A DNA stretch of 32,000 bases from positions 930,001-962,000 of the forward strand of contig NC_003364.1 in the NCBI RefSeq assembly GCF_000007225.1, given 5' to 3'. Shown in pieces: positions 16,044-24,038 of the stretch; position 1 is the stretch's first letter, and each line of letters starts with the position of its first letter. The DNA comes from Pyrobaculum aerophilum str. IM2. Lineage in GTDB: Archaea > Thermoproteota > Thermoprotei > Thermoproteales > Thermoproteaceae. Under the pieces are notes generated by a model. It was not told where the DNA came from and did not search any database. It saw only the letters and a program-made list of their open reading frames with translations. The translations under genes and the position numbers were made by a program.

Positions 16044-18989
16044 ATGCCACATGGGGATCTTCCGTTGCCTCCAAGTTACCGTCCACATGAAGTAAAGAAA
16101 GCCGTTGAGGAATTCTGGCGCAGGAACAGGATATTTGAGAAGTGGAAGTCGTGGCGGGGCGGGCCTAAATTCACTTTCCTTGAAGGGCCTCCGACAACTA
16201 ACGGCATGCCCCACGTCGGTCATATAAGGGGCCGCACTTACAAAGATGTCGTCATAAGGTTTTACAGATTATTAGGCTACGACGTGTGGGTGCAAGGCGG
16301 CTGGGATATGCAGGGAATGCCAGTTGAGTGGGAGGTGGAGAAAAAACTGAAGCTAAGAAGCAAAAAGGACATTGAACAATTCGGGCTTGAGAAATTCGCC
16401 TTAGAGTGTAACTCTCTAGTTGAGGAGTACTTGGCCTATTGGAGGGAGTGGGGTACTAAAAGGCTGGGCTTGTGGCTTGATTTAGAAAACGCCTATGAGA
16501 CTAGACAGCCGCATTATCTTCAATACGCCTGGCGCATAGTTAAAAGGGCGCACGAGTTGGGACTCCTCACAGAAGATTACCGAGTGTTGTGGTTTTGTCC
16601 CCGCTGTGAGACTTCGCTAAGCGATCATGAGGTGGCATTGGGGTACGATGAGAGGGAGGATCCCTCTATTTATGTAAAATTCCGCGTTGAGGGGGGCGTT
16701 GATGAGTACCTGGTAATTTGGACTACAACGCCGTGGACGATAGTAGACAACGAGGCTGTTGCCGTCCACCCAGATTATGTATACGCGAAAGTAGAAGTTG
16801 AAGTCGGCGGCAGGCGGGAGTACTGGTGGCTAGCCGAGGCTCTTGTGCCCAGCTTAATGGCTAAATTTGGAATAAAAACGTGGCGCGTTGTAGAGACTAA
16901 AAAAGGCGTTGAGTTAGCCGGAGTGAGGTATATACATCCCCTCGCGGAGGAAGTGCCCGAAAGGGCGTCGCGTCCTCATCAAGTAGTTACTGCGGAGTTT
17001 GTGACGCTGGAGCAGGGCACTGGCCTTGTTCACATAGCCCCAGGCCATGGGCCTGAGGACTTCGAACTGGCGAAGAAATACGGCCTTCCCGTTACTAACA
17101 GCGTTGAGATCAACGGCATCTATAACGAGCTCGGAGGAAGGTACAAAGGCAAGCATGTATACGACGTGGATAAAGAAGTGACAAGAGATCTACGGTCGAA
17201 GGGCCTATTAGTATTTGAGGAGAAAATACGCCACGAGTACCCTCACTGCTGGCGTTGCGGCTCTAAACTCATACTGAGAGCTGATAGACAGTGGTTTATT
17301 GCAATATCTCGCATCCGCGACAAGATGTACGCAGAATTGCAAAAAGTCAACGTCGTACCGACAAAGCTAAGAGATAGATTTGATATTTTTGTCCAAAACG
17401 CCAGGGATTGGAATATTTCAAGAAGCAGAGTGTGGGGCACGCCGCTTCCGGTGTGGAGGTGTAAGAAAGACGGGAGAATATTAGTAATAGGTTCTCTCGA
17501 AGAGCTGAAAAAACTAGCCAAGGAATTGCCCCCCGTTGACGACTTTAAACTAGTACATAGGCCGTGGATAGATCAAGTGAAGATATCCGCCCACGACTGC
17601 GACGAGTGGGTGAGAGAGCCTTATGTTATGGACGTCTGGCTGGACTCAGGCATTGCGTGGATAGCGGCTGTAGACGGGGAGAATAACAGGGATTTGTGGG
17701 AAAAGCTATTCCCCTACGACTTCGTCACAGAGGGCATTGACCAAACCCGCGGCTGGTTCTATTCGCTACTCGCAACGTCTGTATTATACACGGGCAGGGC
17801 CCCGTATAAAAACGTGTTGATTCAAGGGCTCATACTTGATAAACACGGGCAAAAGATGTCTAAAAGCAAGGGCAACGTAATTTGGGCAAAAGATTTGTTT
17901 GAAAAATACGGCGCAGATCCAGTGAGGCTGTATATTTTGTCAAAAGTTGCCCCCTGGGAGGATCTCTCCTTTGACCCAGACGAGGTGAAATATGTAATAG
18001 GCGATTTAAACATCTTGTGGAACGTGGTGAAATTCGCCGACACTTACATGTCGCTTGACGGCTTTGACGCCGAGAAATACCCCCTCAGCCAGTGGCTAGA
18101 AAAAGGCCTAGAGGAGGACAAGTGGATTCTCTCAGAGCTCAACATCATGATATCCGAATTTACTAACTTCGTAAAGAATTTTGAATTCCACAAGGCCGCC
18201 GCGCTGTGGAGAGAATTCGTAGTAGAGACTCTCAGCCACCGCTACATTAGGCTGTTGAGGAGGCGCGTGTGGAGCGAAGAACCATCGCCGGATAAATACG
18301 CGGCCTACGCCGTGTTACACGACGTTTTGAAAAAAGTCTTAATACTGGGATCTATCCTCGTCCCCTTCATAACTGAGTACTTGTGGCAGGCCTATGTGAG
18401 AAAGTATGAGAAAAACGCGCCCGAATCAGTTCACCTGGCGCAGTACCCAGCCGCCGGTAGTTACGACAAAGAGCTAATTTATGCATACCGCGAGCTCTTT
18501 GCGGTTTTCTCAGCACTAGCCGAGGCCAGGAACAAGGCGGGGATTAAGTTGAGGTGGCCCATACGGGAGGCGTATGTAAACGGCGCCAAATACGCAGAGC
18601 GTTATACAGAGCTATTAAAATACCTGGGCAATGTGAAAGAGGTAAAAGTCGGCAGACGTCCCGATTACCTTTGTGTAAAAGAGGGCGAATTAGAAGTATG
18701 CGTACCCGATAAGATAGAGCCAGAGCTGTACTACGAGGCCCTCGCCAGAGAGCTCATAAGGAGAATTCAAGTAATGCGGAAGGAAACGGGGCTTGAGATT
18801 AGCGATGAAATTCACGTAGTAGTTGAGACTAATTCTGACGACATTAAAAAGGCAGTTGAACAATACAGAGATTATATAGCACGCGAAACGAGGGCAGTAA
18901 AGCTTATCATTGACGCAGTCTCCCAAGGGAAAGAGTGGGACATATCAGGCGAAAAAGTGAAAATTGAGATTAGAAAAGCACAAGCTTAA
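16044..18989 (+). CDS. ileS: Isoleucyl-tRNA synthetase (class Ia)
   Basis: HIGH-type 'PHVGHIRG' and 'KMSKSKGN'. IleRS-type 'YPHCWRCGSKLI...RQWF', 'DWNISRSRVWGTPLPVW' and 'EGIDQTRGWFYSLL'. 981 aa. Confidence 0.85.
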   Translation: MPHGDLPLPPSYRPHEVKKAVEEFWRRNRIFEKWKSWRGGPKFTFLEGPPTTNGMPHVGHIRGRTYKDVVIRFYRLLGYDVWVQGGWDMQGMPVEWEVEKKLKLRSKKDIEQFGLEKFALECNSLVEEYLAYWREWGTKRLGLWLDLENAYETRQPHYLQYAWRIVKRAHELGLLTEDYRVLWFCPRCETSLSDHEVALGYDEREDPSIYVKFRVEGGVDEYLVIWTTTPWTIVDNEAVAVHPDYVYAKVEVEVGGRREYWWLAEALVPSLMAKFGIKTWRVVETKKGVELAGVRYIHPLAEEVPERASRPHQVVTAEFVTLEQGTGLVHIAPGHGPEDFELAKKYGLPVTNSVEINGIYNELGGRYKGKHVYDVDKEVTRDLRSKGLLVFEEKIRHEYPHCWRCGSKLILRADRQWFIAISRIRDKMYAELQKVNVVPTKLRDRFDIFVQNARDWNISRSRVWGTPLPVWRCKKDGRILVIGSLEELKKLAKELPPVDDFKLVHRPWIDQVKISAHDCDEWVREPYVMDVWLDSGIAWIAAVDGENNRDLWEKLFPYDFVTEGIDQTRGWFYSLLATSVLYTGRAPYKNVLIQGLILDKHGQKMSKSKGNVIWAKDLFEKYGADPVRLYILSKVAPWEDLSFDPDEVKYVIGDLNILWNVVKFADTYMSLDGFDAEKYPLSQWLEKGLEEDKWILSELNIMISEFTNFVKNFEFHKAAALWREFVVETLSHRYIRLLRRRVWSEEPSPDKYAAYAVLHDVLKKVLILGSILVPFITEYLWQAYVRKYEKNAPESVHLAQYPAAGSYDKELIYAYRELFAVFSALAEARNKAGIKLRWPIREAYVNGAKYAERYTELLKYLGNVKEVKVGRRPDYLCVKEGELEVCVPDKIEPELYYEALARELIRRIQVMRKETGLEISDEIHVVVETNSDDIKKAVEQYRDYIARETRAVKLIIDAVSQGKEWDISGEKVKIEIRKAQA

Positions 18990-19009
18990 AGCCTTTTAAT
19001 AAACACCAC
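18988..19009. repeat. Direct repeat copy 1 (AAAGCCTTTTAATAAACACCAC)
   Basis: Perfect 22-mer repeated at 20822-20843. It starts within the ileS TAA stop codon and contains the stop and last codons of the minus-strand small paREP gene. Confidence 0.9.
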
Positions 19010-19355
19010 TGCCCTCATCGCCCCTATGCGCCACCTTAACCCACTCGTCCAATAGCTTTATCTCCGGCCTTAAGTAGACGCCGCGGGGCGTATCGAATAC
19101 ATAAAAAGCGGCCATTTTTTCGCCCACCTTGCACACTGCCTTTTTCTCCGCGGCAAAACACGATATCGGCTTACCGCGCCATTCCCCTTCCCACCAAAAT
19201 GCGCGCCTAAGGGCGTACTCACTAATTAGCGGTTCGGCGTATTTCCCCCCGTATTCGGCGATTGCCATTTTCGCCATTTCGCACATGCCGTAGTAAAGCT
19301 CTAGCCGCTTCACTAATTTGCTCCCTCCCCCGGCAGGATAGGCCATCTGAAGCAT
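18996..19355 (-). CDS. Small paREP-cassette protein (119-aa ORF; N-terminal region probably frameshifted)
   Basis: VKRLELYYGMCEMAKMAIAEYG...EWRGKPISCF...VFDTPRGVYLRPEIKLLDEWV is homologous to 10301-10665. An upstream conserved segment (MAALKDWYRRCF, about 19345-19400) is in a different frame, near a C5 run at 19327-19331. Confidence 0.55.
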   Translation of the reverse strand: MLQMAYPAGGGSKLVKRLELYYGMCEMAKMAIAEYGGKYAEPLISEYALRRAFWWEGEWRGKPISCFAAEKKAVCKVGEKMAAFYVFDTPRGVYLRPEIKLLDEWVKVAHRGDEGSGVY

Positions 19356-19464
19356 CTGCGGTACCAGTCCTTTAACGCGGCCATTACCTGGCTCTTAAGC
19401 TCAAGCCTCCTCTGCTCCTCCTACGCCGCTCTAATACGCGGGGCCATTTGTTCAAGCCGCGTGG

Positions 19465-20037
19465 ATGTTCGCGACGGCGTGGGCTGAGCTCTCGCGGCTG
19501 TGGAGATTTGGCATAGAGAATGGCCTATACGCCGACCACATTCTTAATAAGCTTGAGGGCATTAGAAAATACGTGGAGGAGTACGCTAACAGGCTGAGGA
19601 TTGAGTACACGCTGTACAGCCTCCCCGGCGTTGACCCGTGGGTAGAGGTGAGGTTTAAGGACGAGAGGGGGAATGAGATAGCCCACATAAACATTAGGTG
19701 GTATCATAATAAGCTACATGCCTTCTTTAACGGCGCCAGAGAAAAGGCGGAAAGACTGGCCTCAATACTAAACGCATTGGGCGCCAGCGTAGAGGCCAAG
19801 GAGCTTGATGGGAAATGGCGCGTAGACCTCACAACCGACTCCATCACAGCAATACGCTGTAAGGAGTGGCTGGAGGCAGTTAGAGCCCTTGTTGAGGAGC
19901 TACACAAGAGGGGAATAGTAAACGAGGAGCAGAGAGACCGGTTGCTGGCGGATATAAACGCCGGGCCCAACGTAGTTGAAATCGCCGGCGTAGAACTGAG
20001 CGTTTGGGAAAAACTGGCGACAAATACAGGTAGTTGA
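19465..20037 (+). CDS. paREP2a-like protein (190 aa), function unknown
   Basis: Intact ORF. It is homologous to the degenerate 9620-10190(-). The family label is from my memory of P. aerophilum annotation, and the a/b designation is uncertain. Confidence 0.65.
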   Translation: MFATAWAELSRLWRFGIENGLYADHILNKLEGIRKYVEEYANRLRIEYTLYSLPGVDPWVEVRFKDERGNEIAHINIRWYHNKLHAFFNGAREKAERLASILNALGASVEAKELDGKWRVDLTTDSITAIRCKEWLEAVRALVEELHKRGIVNEEQRDRLLADINAGPNVVEIAGVELSVWEKLATNTGS

Positions 20038-20042
20038 TAGTC

Positions 20043-20696
20043 ATGTATCAGCCGAGGTCTGCTAATGCCTTTGACGCCGCTGTAAAGGCGCTTAAGGACG
20101 CGGGCTTTGAAGAGGGGGTGCACTTTATTGCAAAGAGGCCGGAGGGCGGCGAGCGGGGCTATATACGCCTTAGGATACCTACTGGGCTGTGGCGCCTTGA
20201 AGAGTTGAGGAGGCTGGGCGTGGACTGGGCAGACAAAGCGCTGAAGCGCCTTGAAGAAATAGCAAAGGCGAGGGGCTTCTCCAACCTACTGGAGGAGTAC
20301 TTAAGGCCGGCTATGGAGGCGGAGACCGTCGATCCGAGGGGGCTGGTGGTCGACGACGCCGAGAGAGGGTTAAAGGCAGTTGTAAGAGGCGTGAGGGTGG
20401 ATCGGGAATGCGGGAGGCCTAGGGTCGTCGTGGAGTATGAGGTAGGCGGGGATGAGAAATCCTTTTCTTTCATCTGGGGCGTGACAACGACGGGGAAAGT
20501 TATAGCAGGCGTGAAGCTAAACGACGAGAGAGCCCTGGTGCTGACCGCCCTACTCGCCGATAAGGCAATAAGGGGGAAGAAGGGGCACATGACGCTTTAC
20601 GCTAAACATCTATTCGCTCTGGCCAAGTACAAAGGCGTCGGCTGGGGGCTTTTGAGGTGGTACGCCGAGGTGATGAGAGAGTCGGCGGAGCTTTAA
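20043..20696 (+). CDS. paREP2b-like protein (217 aa from ATG 20043), function unknown
   Basis: Intact ORF. MYQPRSANAFDAAVKALKDAGFEEGVHFIAKRPEGG... and C-terminal LYAKHLFALAKYKGVGWGLLRWYAEVMRE recur at 9001-9613(-) and 26462-26665(+). Confidence 0.7.
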   Translation: MYQPRSANAFDAAVKALKDAGFEEGVHFIAKRPEGGERGYIRLRIPTGLWRLEELRRLGVDWADKALKRLEEIAKARGFSNLLEEYLRPAMEAETVDPRGLVVDDAERGLKAVVRGVRVDRECGRPRVVVEYEVGGDEKSFSFIWGVTTTGKVIAGVKLNDERALVLTALLADKAIRGKKGHMTLYAKHLFALAKYKGVGWGLLRWYAEVMRESAEL

Positions 20697-20821
20697 AACC
20701 ACATAAAAGACGGCAGAACGCCGCCCCTATTACCTGTCTTGTTCTGGGGTCTTCCTATACTTCGCCTCGTGCTCACCGGCCTTTGAGTTGTAAGTCAACA
20801 CATAGCGGAAATAAACGCTTT

Positions 20822-20843
20822 AAAGCCTTTTAATAAACACCAC
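20822..20843. repeat. Direct repeat copy 2 (AAAGCCTTTTAATAAACACCAC)
   Basis: Identical to 18988-19009. The preceding GCTTT versus GCTT extends the similarity with one indel. It contains TTTTAATAAA about 20 nt upstream of the first sRNA C box. Confidence 0.9.
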
Positions 20844-20849
20844 CTCTTC

Positions 20850-20906
20850 TCTTGTGATGAACACGACCGCTGTTGAGAGGTGATTGAGGTATGCAGCGCT
20901 GAGTAT
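20850..20906 (+). ncRNA. C/D box sRNA (2'-O-methylation guide), candidate 1
   Basis: C box GUGAUGA 20854-20860; 12-nt guide ACACGACCGCUG; D' UUGA 20873-20876; C' UGAUUGA 20881-20887; 11-nt guide GGUAUGCAGCG; D box CUGA 20899-20902. C-to-D span is 49 nt. Ends are approximate. Confidence 0.7.
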
Positions 20907-20928
20907 TAATAATTCAGTTTATATTATG

Positions 20929-20986
20929 CGTAGTGATGACGTGGTTCTTCGTAGACATGTGAAGACGCCCCTACCCAGCTGATCAA
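20929..20986 (+). ncRNA. C/D box sRNA (2'-O-methylation guide), candidate 2
   Basis: C box GUGAUGA 20933-20939; 12-nt guide CGUGGUUCUUCG; D' UAGA 20952-20955; C' GUGAAGA 20959-20965; 13-nt guide CGCCCCUACCCAG; D box CUGA 20979-20982. Ends are approximate. Confidence 0.65.
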
Positions 20987-21031
20987 TGGGAGTCCTCGGC
21001 GTTTAGCGCGTAGACGTGAGGGCGTCGCTGA

Positions 21032-21040
21032 CTATAAATA
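21032..21040 (+). promoter_or_regulatory. TATA-like box upstream of the GT39-like gene
   Basis: CTATAAATA is centred about 26 nt upstream of GTG 21062. Confidence 0.45.
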
Positions 21041-21061
21041 GTACATGTTCTTAATGCAGTA

Positions 21062-22225
21062 GTGACGCAATTTCGCCACGCGAAAGTCTATATCGGCTTG
21101 GCCGTTGTAATCGCTGTCTTTGCGTACTCCGCTTTTTCTATAGCGCAATTGCCGGGTTCTGACGGCTTGCCGGGCGGAGCAGGGTATATTTCCGACGAGG
21201 TATGGTACGTGACTTCGGCGAGGAATATACTACACGATTTTTTCAAGGCAACTGCCAACTCGCCGTATTTCACCACAACGCCCAACTGTTTGATTAACGG
21301 GACGCTGGTAAAGGAATATACAAAAATTGAGGCTGTAACCGTCAAGGGCGAGGTGTCTTGTTACATAAGGAAGGGCTATCCATACCCGGACAAGGAGGGG
21401 ATACTCAGCTATTACAACTTCGAACACCCCCCGTTGGTGAAGTATATTTTAGCCGCCGTGGAGGCAATTAGAGACGAGCCGCTGTTTTGGAGAATCCCCT
21501 CAATTATATTCGGCTCCGCCACTTTACTCCTAGTGTTTTTATCGGCGAGAAGAATTGCCGGGCCTATCTGGGCGTTAACCGCCTCGGCATTGATGATTTT
21601 TGACAACACTTTTAGGGCCATGTCCGGCATAGCGATGTTAGACGTCTATCTGGGCTTTTTCACAGCCCTACTCGCCTATTTCCACGTCTCTGGTAGAACT
21701 CTCAGCTCAGGCATAGCGTTAGGCTTGGCGGCTTCTGTGAAGTACTCAGGGGCGTTTCCCATATTTGGCCTGGCTTATCTCTTAGGCGTCAGGCGTTTTA
21801 CAGCCGTCATTCTCATGGCCACGGCCGTTTTCCTACTTGTAAACATGCCCATCGCTGGGCAGTTGGGCCTCGGGAGGTGGGTAAACGAAATTATAGGCGC
21901 CTTGTCTTGGCACACCACGTCAAGACCCCCGGGGCCTACTGCCTCGACGCCGCTGGATTGGTTGTTTATGCAAAACAGCTTCGCCTTATATGTAAACCCC
22001 GATATATATGCCAGCGGCACACCTGCATATTTAGTGGCGTTGATATACGCGCTTTATAAACGCGACGAAGTGTCAATACTATACCTTTCGACTTATGGAG
22101 GCTATTGGCTAGTGTACCTCGCGGGCAATCATACCCTCTACAGCTTTTACACAGCGCATTTCTCCCCCCTAGCTCACATCGTCCTTGCAAAGCTGTTTTC
22201 AGATTTAGCTAAGAGGGGGACTTAG
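21062..22225 (+). CDS. GT-C fold glycosyltransferase, family 39 / dolichyl-phosphate-mannose protein mannosyltransferase-like
   Basis: Polytopic membrane protein. The 'YYNFEHPPLVKYILA' loop motif is typical of the PMT/ArnT-like family. Confidence 0.75.
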   Translation: MTQFRHAKVYIGLAVVIAVFAYSAFSIAQLPGSDGLPGGAGYISDEVWYVTSARNILHDFFKATANSPYFTTTPNCLINGTLVKEYTKIEAVTVKGEVSCYIRKGYPYPDKEGILSYYNFEHPPLVKYILAAVEAIRDEPLFWRIPSIIFGSATLLLVFLSARRIAGPIWALTASALMIFDNTFRAMSGIAMLDVYLGFFTALLAYFHVSGRTLSSGIALGLAASVKYSGAFPIFGLAYLLGVRRFTAVILMATAVFLLVNMPIAGQLGLGRWVNEIIGALSWHTTSRPPGPTASTPLDWLFMQNSFALYVNPDIYASGTPAYLVALIYALYKRDEVSILYLSTYGGYWLVYLAGNHTLYSFYTAHFSPLAHIVLAKLFSDLAKRGT

Positions 22226-22580
22226 GCTGCTGTCTCTGCCCCTCTCCGTGTAGTCTGCTCAGACGTTCATATATATCAATCAACAGACTCATTGACCTCA
22301 AGTGGTCTACCATTTCAGAGGCAGATAGCTTCTCAATCTCACGTCCGAGCTGAAGGATTTTGTCAAATACAATACGCCTCACCTCTCTTAACTGCACAAT
22401 TTCTAACGCTTGTTGTGCCTCTTCCTCCGTCTTGACGAGAACCACCGTGCGCTCGCAATTAGCACAGTACAGCTCTCCCGTCTTAAGTCTTACTAGCACT
22501 GTTCCACAGGCGGGACAGGTATAGGCAGTCAAAGTGGCGCCGGCTCTCACCAGCTGGGCGATTTTCTTAACGGGATCCAC
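22209..22580 (-). CDS. Zinc-ribbon protein, UPF0148 / Sjogren autoantigen-1-like family
   Basis: 'CPACGTVL...YCANCE' Cys4 ribbon followed by a helical tail. GTG start. The 3' end overlaps the GT39 gene by 17 bp (convergent). Confidence 0.6.
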   Translation of the reverse strand: MDPVKKIAQLVRAGATLTAYTCPACGTVLVRLKTGELYCANCERTVVLVKTEEEAQQALEIVQLREVRRIVFDKILQLGREIEKLSASEMVDHLRSMSLLIDIYERLSRLHGEGQRQQPKSPS

Positions 22581-22629
22581 GCATAGTCTCTATATACAAG
22601 TGTTTAAAAACTTCGCACCACAACGCCTC

Positions 22630-23307
22630 GTGGATATTATCGCGCTTCTGCTCCTCACAATAGGAGGCGGCGTTGAGCACGTACTCTCTGTCGTCCGCCA
22701 GCTACGTGACCTCCAGTTAATCCTTGTGGAGGGAGGGTCAGTTTTGTTAAACGGCGTACGGGTTATAGGTAAGGGCACTAATAGTGTAATATTTAAGTGC
22801 AGACCCGCCATCGGCAACGTCGAGCTCGCGTGTAAAGTGAGGCGCGGCGACGCCTCAAGGCCCTCCCTCGCCTCTGAGGGGCAATATCTCCACATCGCTA
22901 ACAGCGTAGGCGTCGGGCCCCGCGTCTATACTTACAGTAGAGACGTCATTGCCTATTTTTACGTAGACGGAGTACCCCTGGGCACGTGGTGGGCTGGCGC
23001 CGACGCAAAACAAAAAAGGGGCGTGGTTGAAGAGCTATTACGCCAAGCTTTTAAACTAGACGCAAGTGGCGTGTCGCATAACGAGCTCTCCAGGCTTGAA
23101 AAACACGTCCTTATTGAAAGGGGGCGCCCTGTTATCATCGACTTTGAGTCGGCGACTTTAGGCGGCGGCAATAACGTGACGCAAGTGGCTAACGGGTTAA
23201 TGCGCCTCGGCCTGAGGCCTCCCATCGACGCCTTAAGGCGATATAAAAAATGTCAATGCCCCGAGGCCTTTAACGAAGTTCTATACGGGTACCTTCAACA
23301 ACTATAA
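22630..23307 (+). CDS. Atypical protein-kinase-fold protein (RIO/Bud32-like)
   Basis: 'IGKGTNSVIF' glycine loop, 'LACKV' Lys, 'HNELSRLEKHVLI' catalytic-loop-like and 'IIDFESA' DFG-like. The ORF is open from 22534, but GTG 22630 avoids overlap with the divergent gene and fits the GTTTAAAAAC TATA. Confidence 0.5.
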   Translation: MDIIALLLLTIGGGVEHVLSVVRQLRDLQLILVEGGSVLLNGVRVIGKGTNSVIFKCRPAIGNVELACKVRRGDASRPSLASEGQYLHIANSVGVGPRVYTYSRDVIAYFYVDGVPLGTWWAGADAKQKRGVVEELLRQAFKLDASGVSHNELSRLEKHVLIERGRPVIIDFESATLGGGNNVTQVANGLMRLGLRPPIDALRRYKKCQCPEAFNEVLYGYLQQL

Positions 23308-23389
23308 GTAGGGGTATGTGCTCAGGAAATGACGCACAGAGGCGGTTGTCGCTACAGTAAGCGCGGAGGTGCCTGAGGCGTGCCACCCC

Positions 23390-23905
23390 CTAAGTGGGTT
23401 TTTTAGACAAGTCCAACGACGCCCGCCACGCCCTATCGCCTAAATAGTGTAAATTCAATAACACCTTGCCCTTTTCCATCTGCTCAATCTCACCCTTAGA
23501 GTATAAAGAGGCCGCTATCGCTATAGTACGGCCCTTTTCGTCTGCTACAAACACTATACTGCCTTTGTTGAAATCGCCCTCTAGTTTTTTAATGCCAGGC
23601 CTCATGACGTCGGCCCCGTTTATAATCCGCTTTACTGCCCCCGCATCAACTACGGCCTTAGGGAAGGAGGGAAGGAGGCTTCCCCTTGGTGATTTGTGAA
23701 TTAAAAACAGTGTGGGGATCACATATTCCCCCTCATTAGTTACTACTTTGAGAAACAGCGGTTCGCCGTCGACGAGATATATAAACTCTTTTTCAGTCAG
23801 CTGGAGCACTTCTACAACATCTGCGTCGTTCAAAATCGGCTTCATGAAGTCAAATTTTTCCCGTAATTCTTTTACCTCTTTATTACTCAGCCTCAGCCTC
23901 TTCAC
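23390..23905 (-). CDS. PUA-domain RNA-binding protein (MCT-1/Tma20-like)
   Basis: C-terminal 'VVDAGAVKRIINGADVMRPGI...GSIVFVADEKGRTIAIA' is a typical PUA domain. The N-terminal pre-PUA domain is present. GTG start. Confidence 0.8.
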   Translation of the reverse strand: MKRLRLSNKEVKELREKFDFMKPILNDADVVEVLQLTEKEFIYLVDGEPLFLKVVTNEGEYVIPTLFLIHKSPRGSLLPSFPKAVVDAGAVKRIINGADVMRPGIKKLEGDFNKGSIVFVADEKGRTIAIAASLYSKGEIEQMEKGKVLLNLHYLGDRAWRASLDLSKKPT

Positions 23906-24038
23906 GCCCTTTATTAAATAGGAGTTAAAAACTATTCAGTGCATGAATATTTCGTCACTTATTGGCCTTGCCGGGTTTCTTCACTGGGGGATTAAATTAC
24001 ACAAATTTTTTAAATTTGAAAGCTCTACTTACTTAAAG

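Larger units (their letters stand above)
19010..20696. repeat. paREP cassette copy B (open reading frames largely intact)
   Basis: Homologous and inverted relative to 9001-10668. Homology to copy A ends within a few nt of the direct-repeat boundary at 19009/19010. Confidence 0.75.
19010..20821. mobile_element. Candidate inserted element: paREP cassette plus 125 bp non-coding tail, flanked by 22-bp direct repeats
   Basis: The flanking duplication has sharp similarity edges. The insertion separates ileS from downstream C/D sRNAs. No transposase or integrase motif was recognised inside. Confidence 0.35.

Noticed and set aside
19010-20821. Terminal inverted repeats of the candidate element (CCCCTATGCG near 19022 versus CCGCTATGTG on the reverse strand near 20800).
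   Set aside because: Only about 7 of 9 positions match, and the distances from the two ends are offset. This is not distinguishable from chance.
20983-21031. Possible third C/D sRNA (AAUGGGA ... CUGA at 21028-21031) following the two good candidates.
   Set aside because: The putative C box has two mismatches in the core GAUGA, no acceptable C'/D' pair exists, and the second spacer would be only about 8 nt.
23320-23380. C/D-like pattern (AAUGACG ... CCUGAGG) in the gap between the kinase-like and PUA genes.
   Set aside because: The C box lacks the GAUGA core and the internal boxes are unrecognisable. The spacing is only superficially right.
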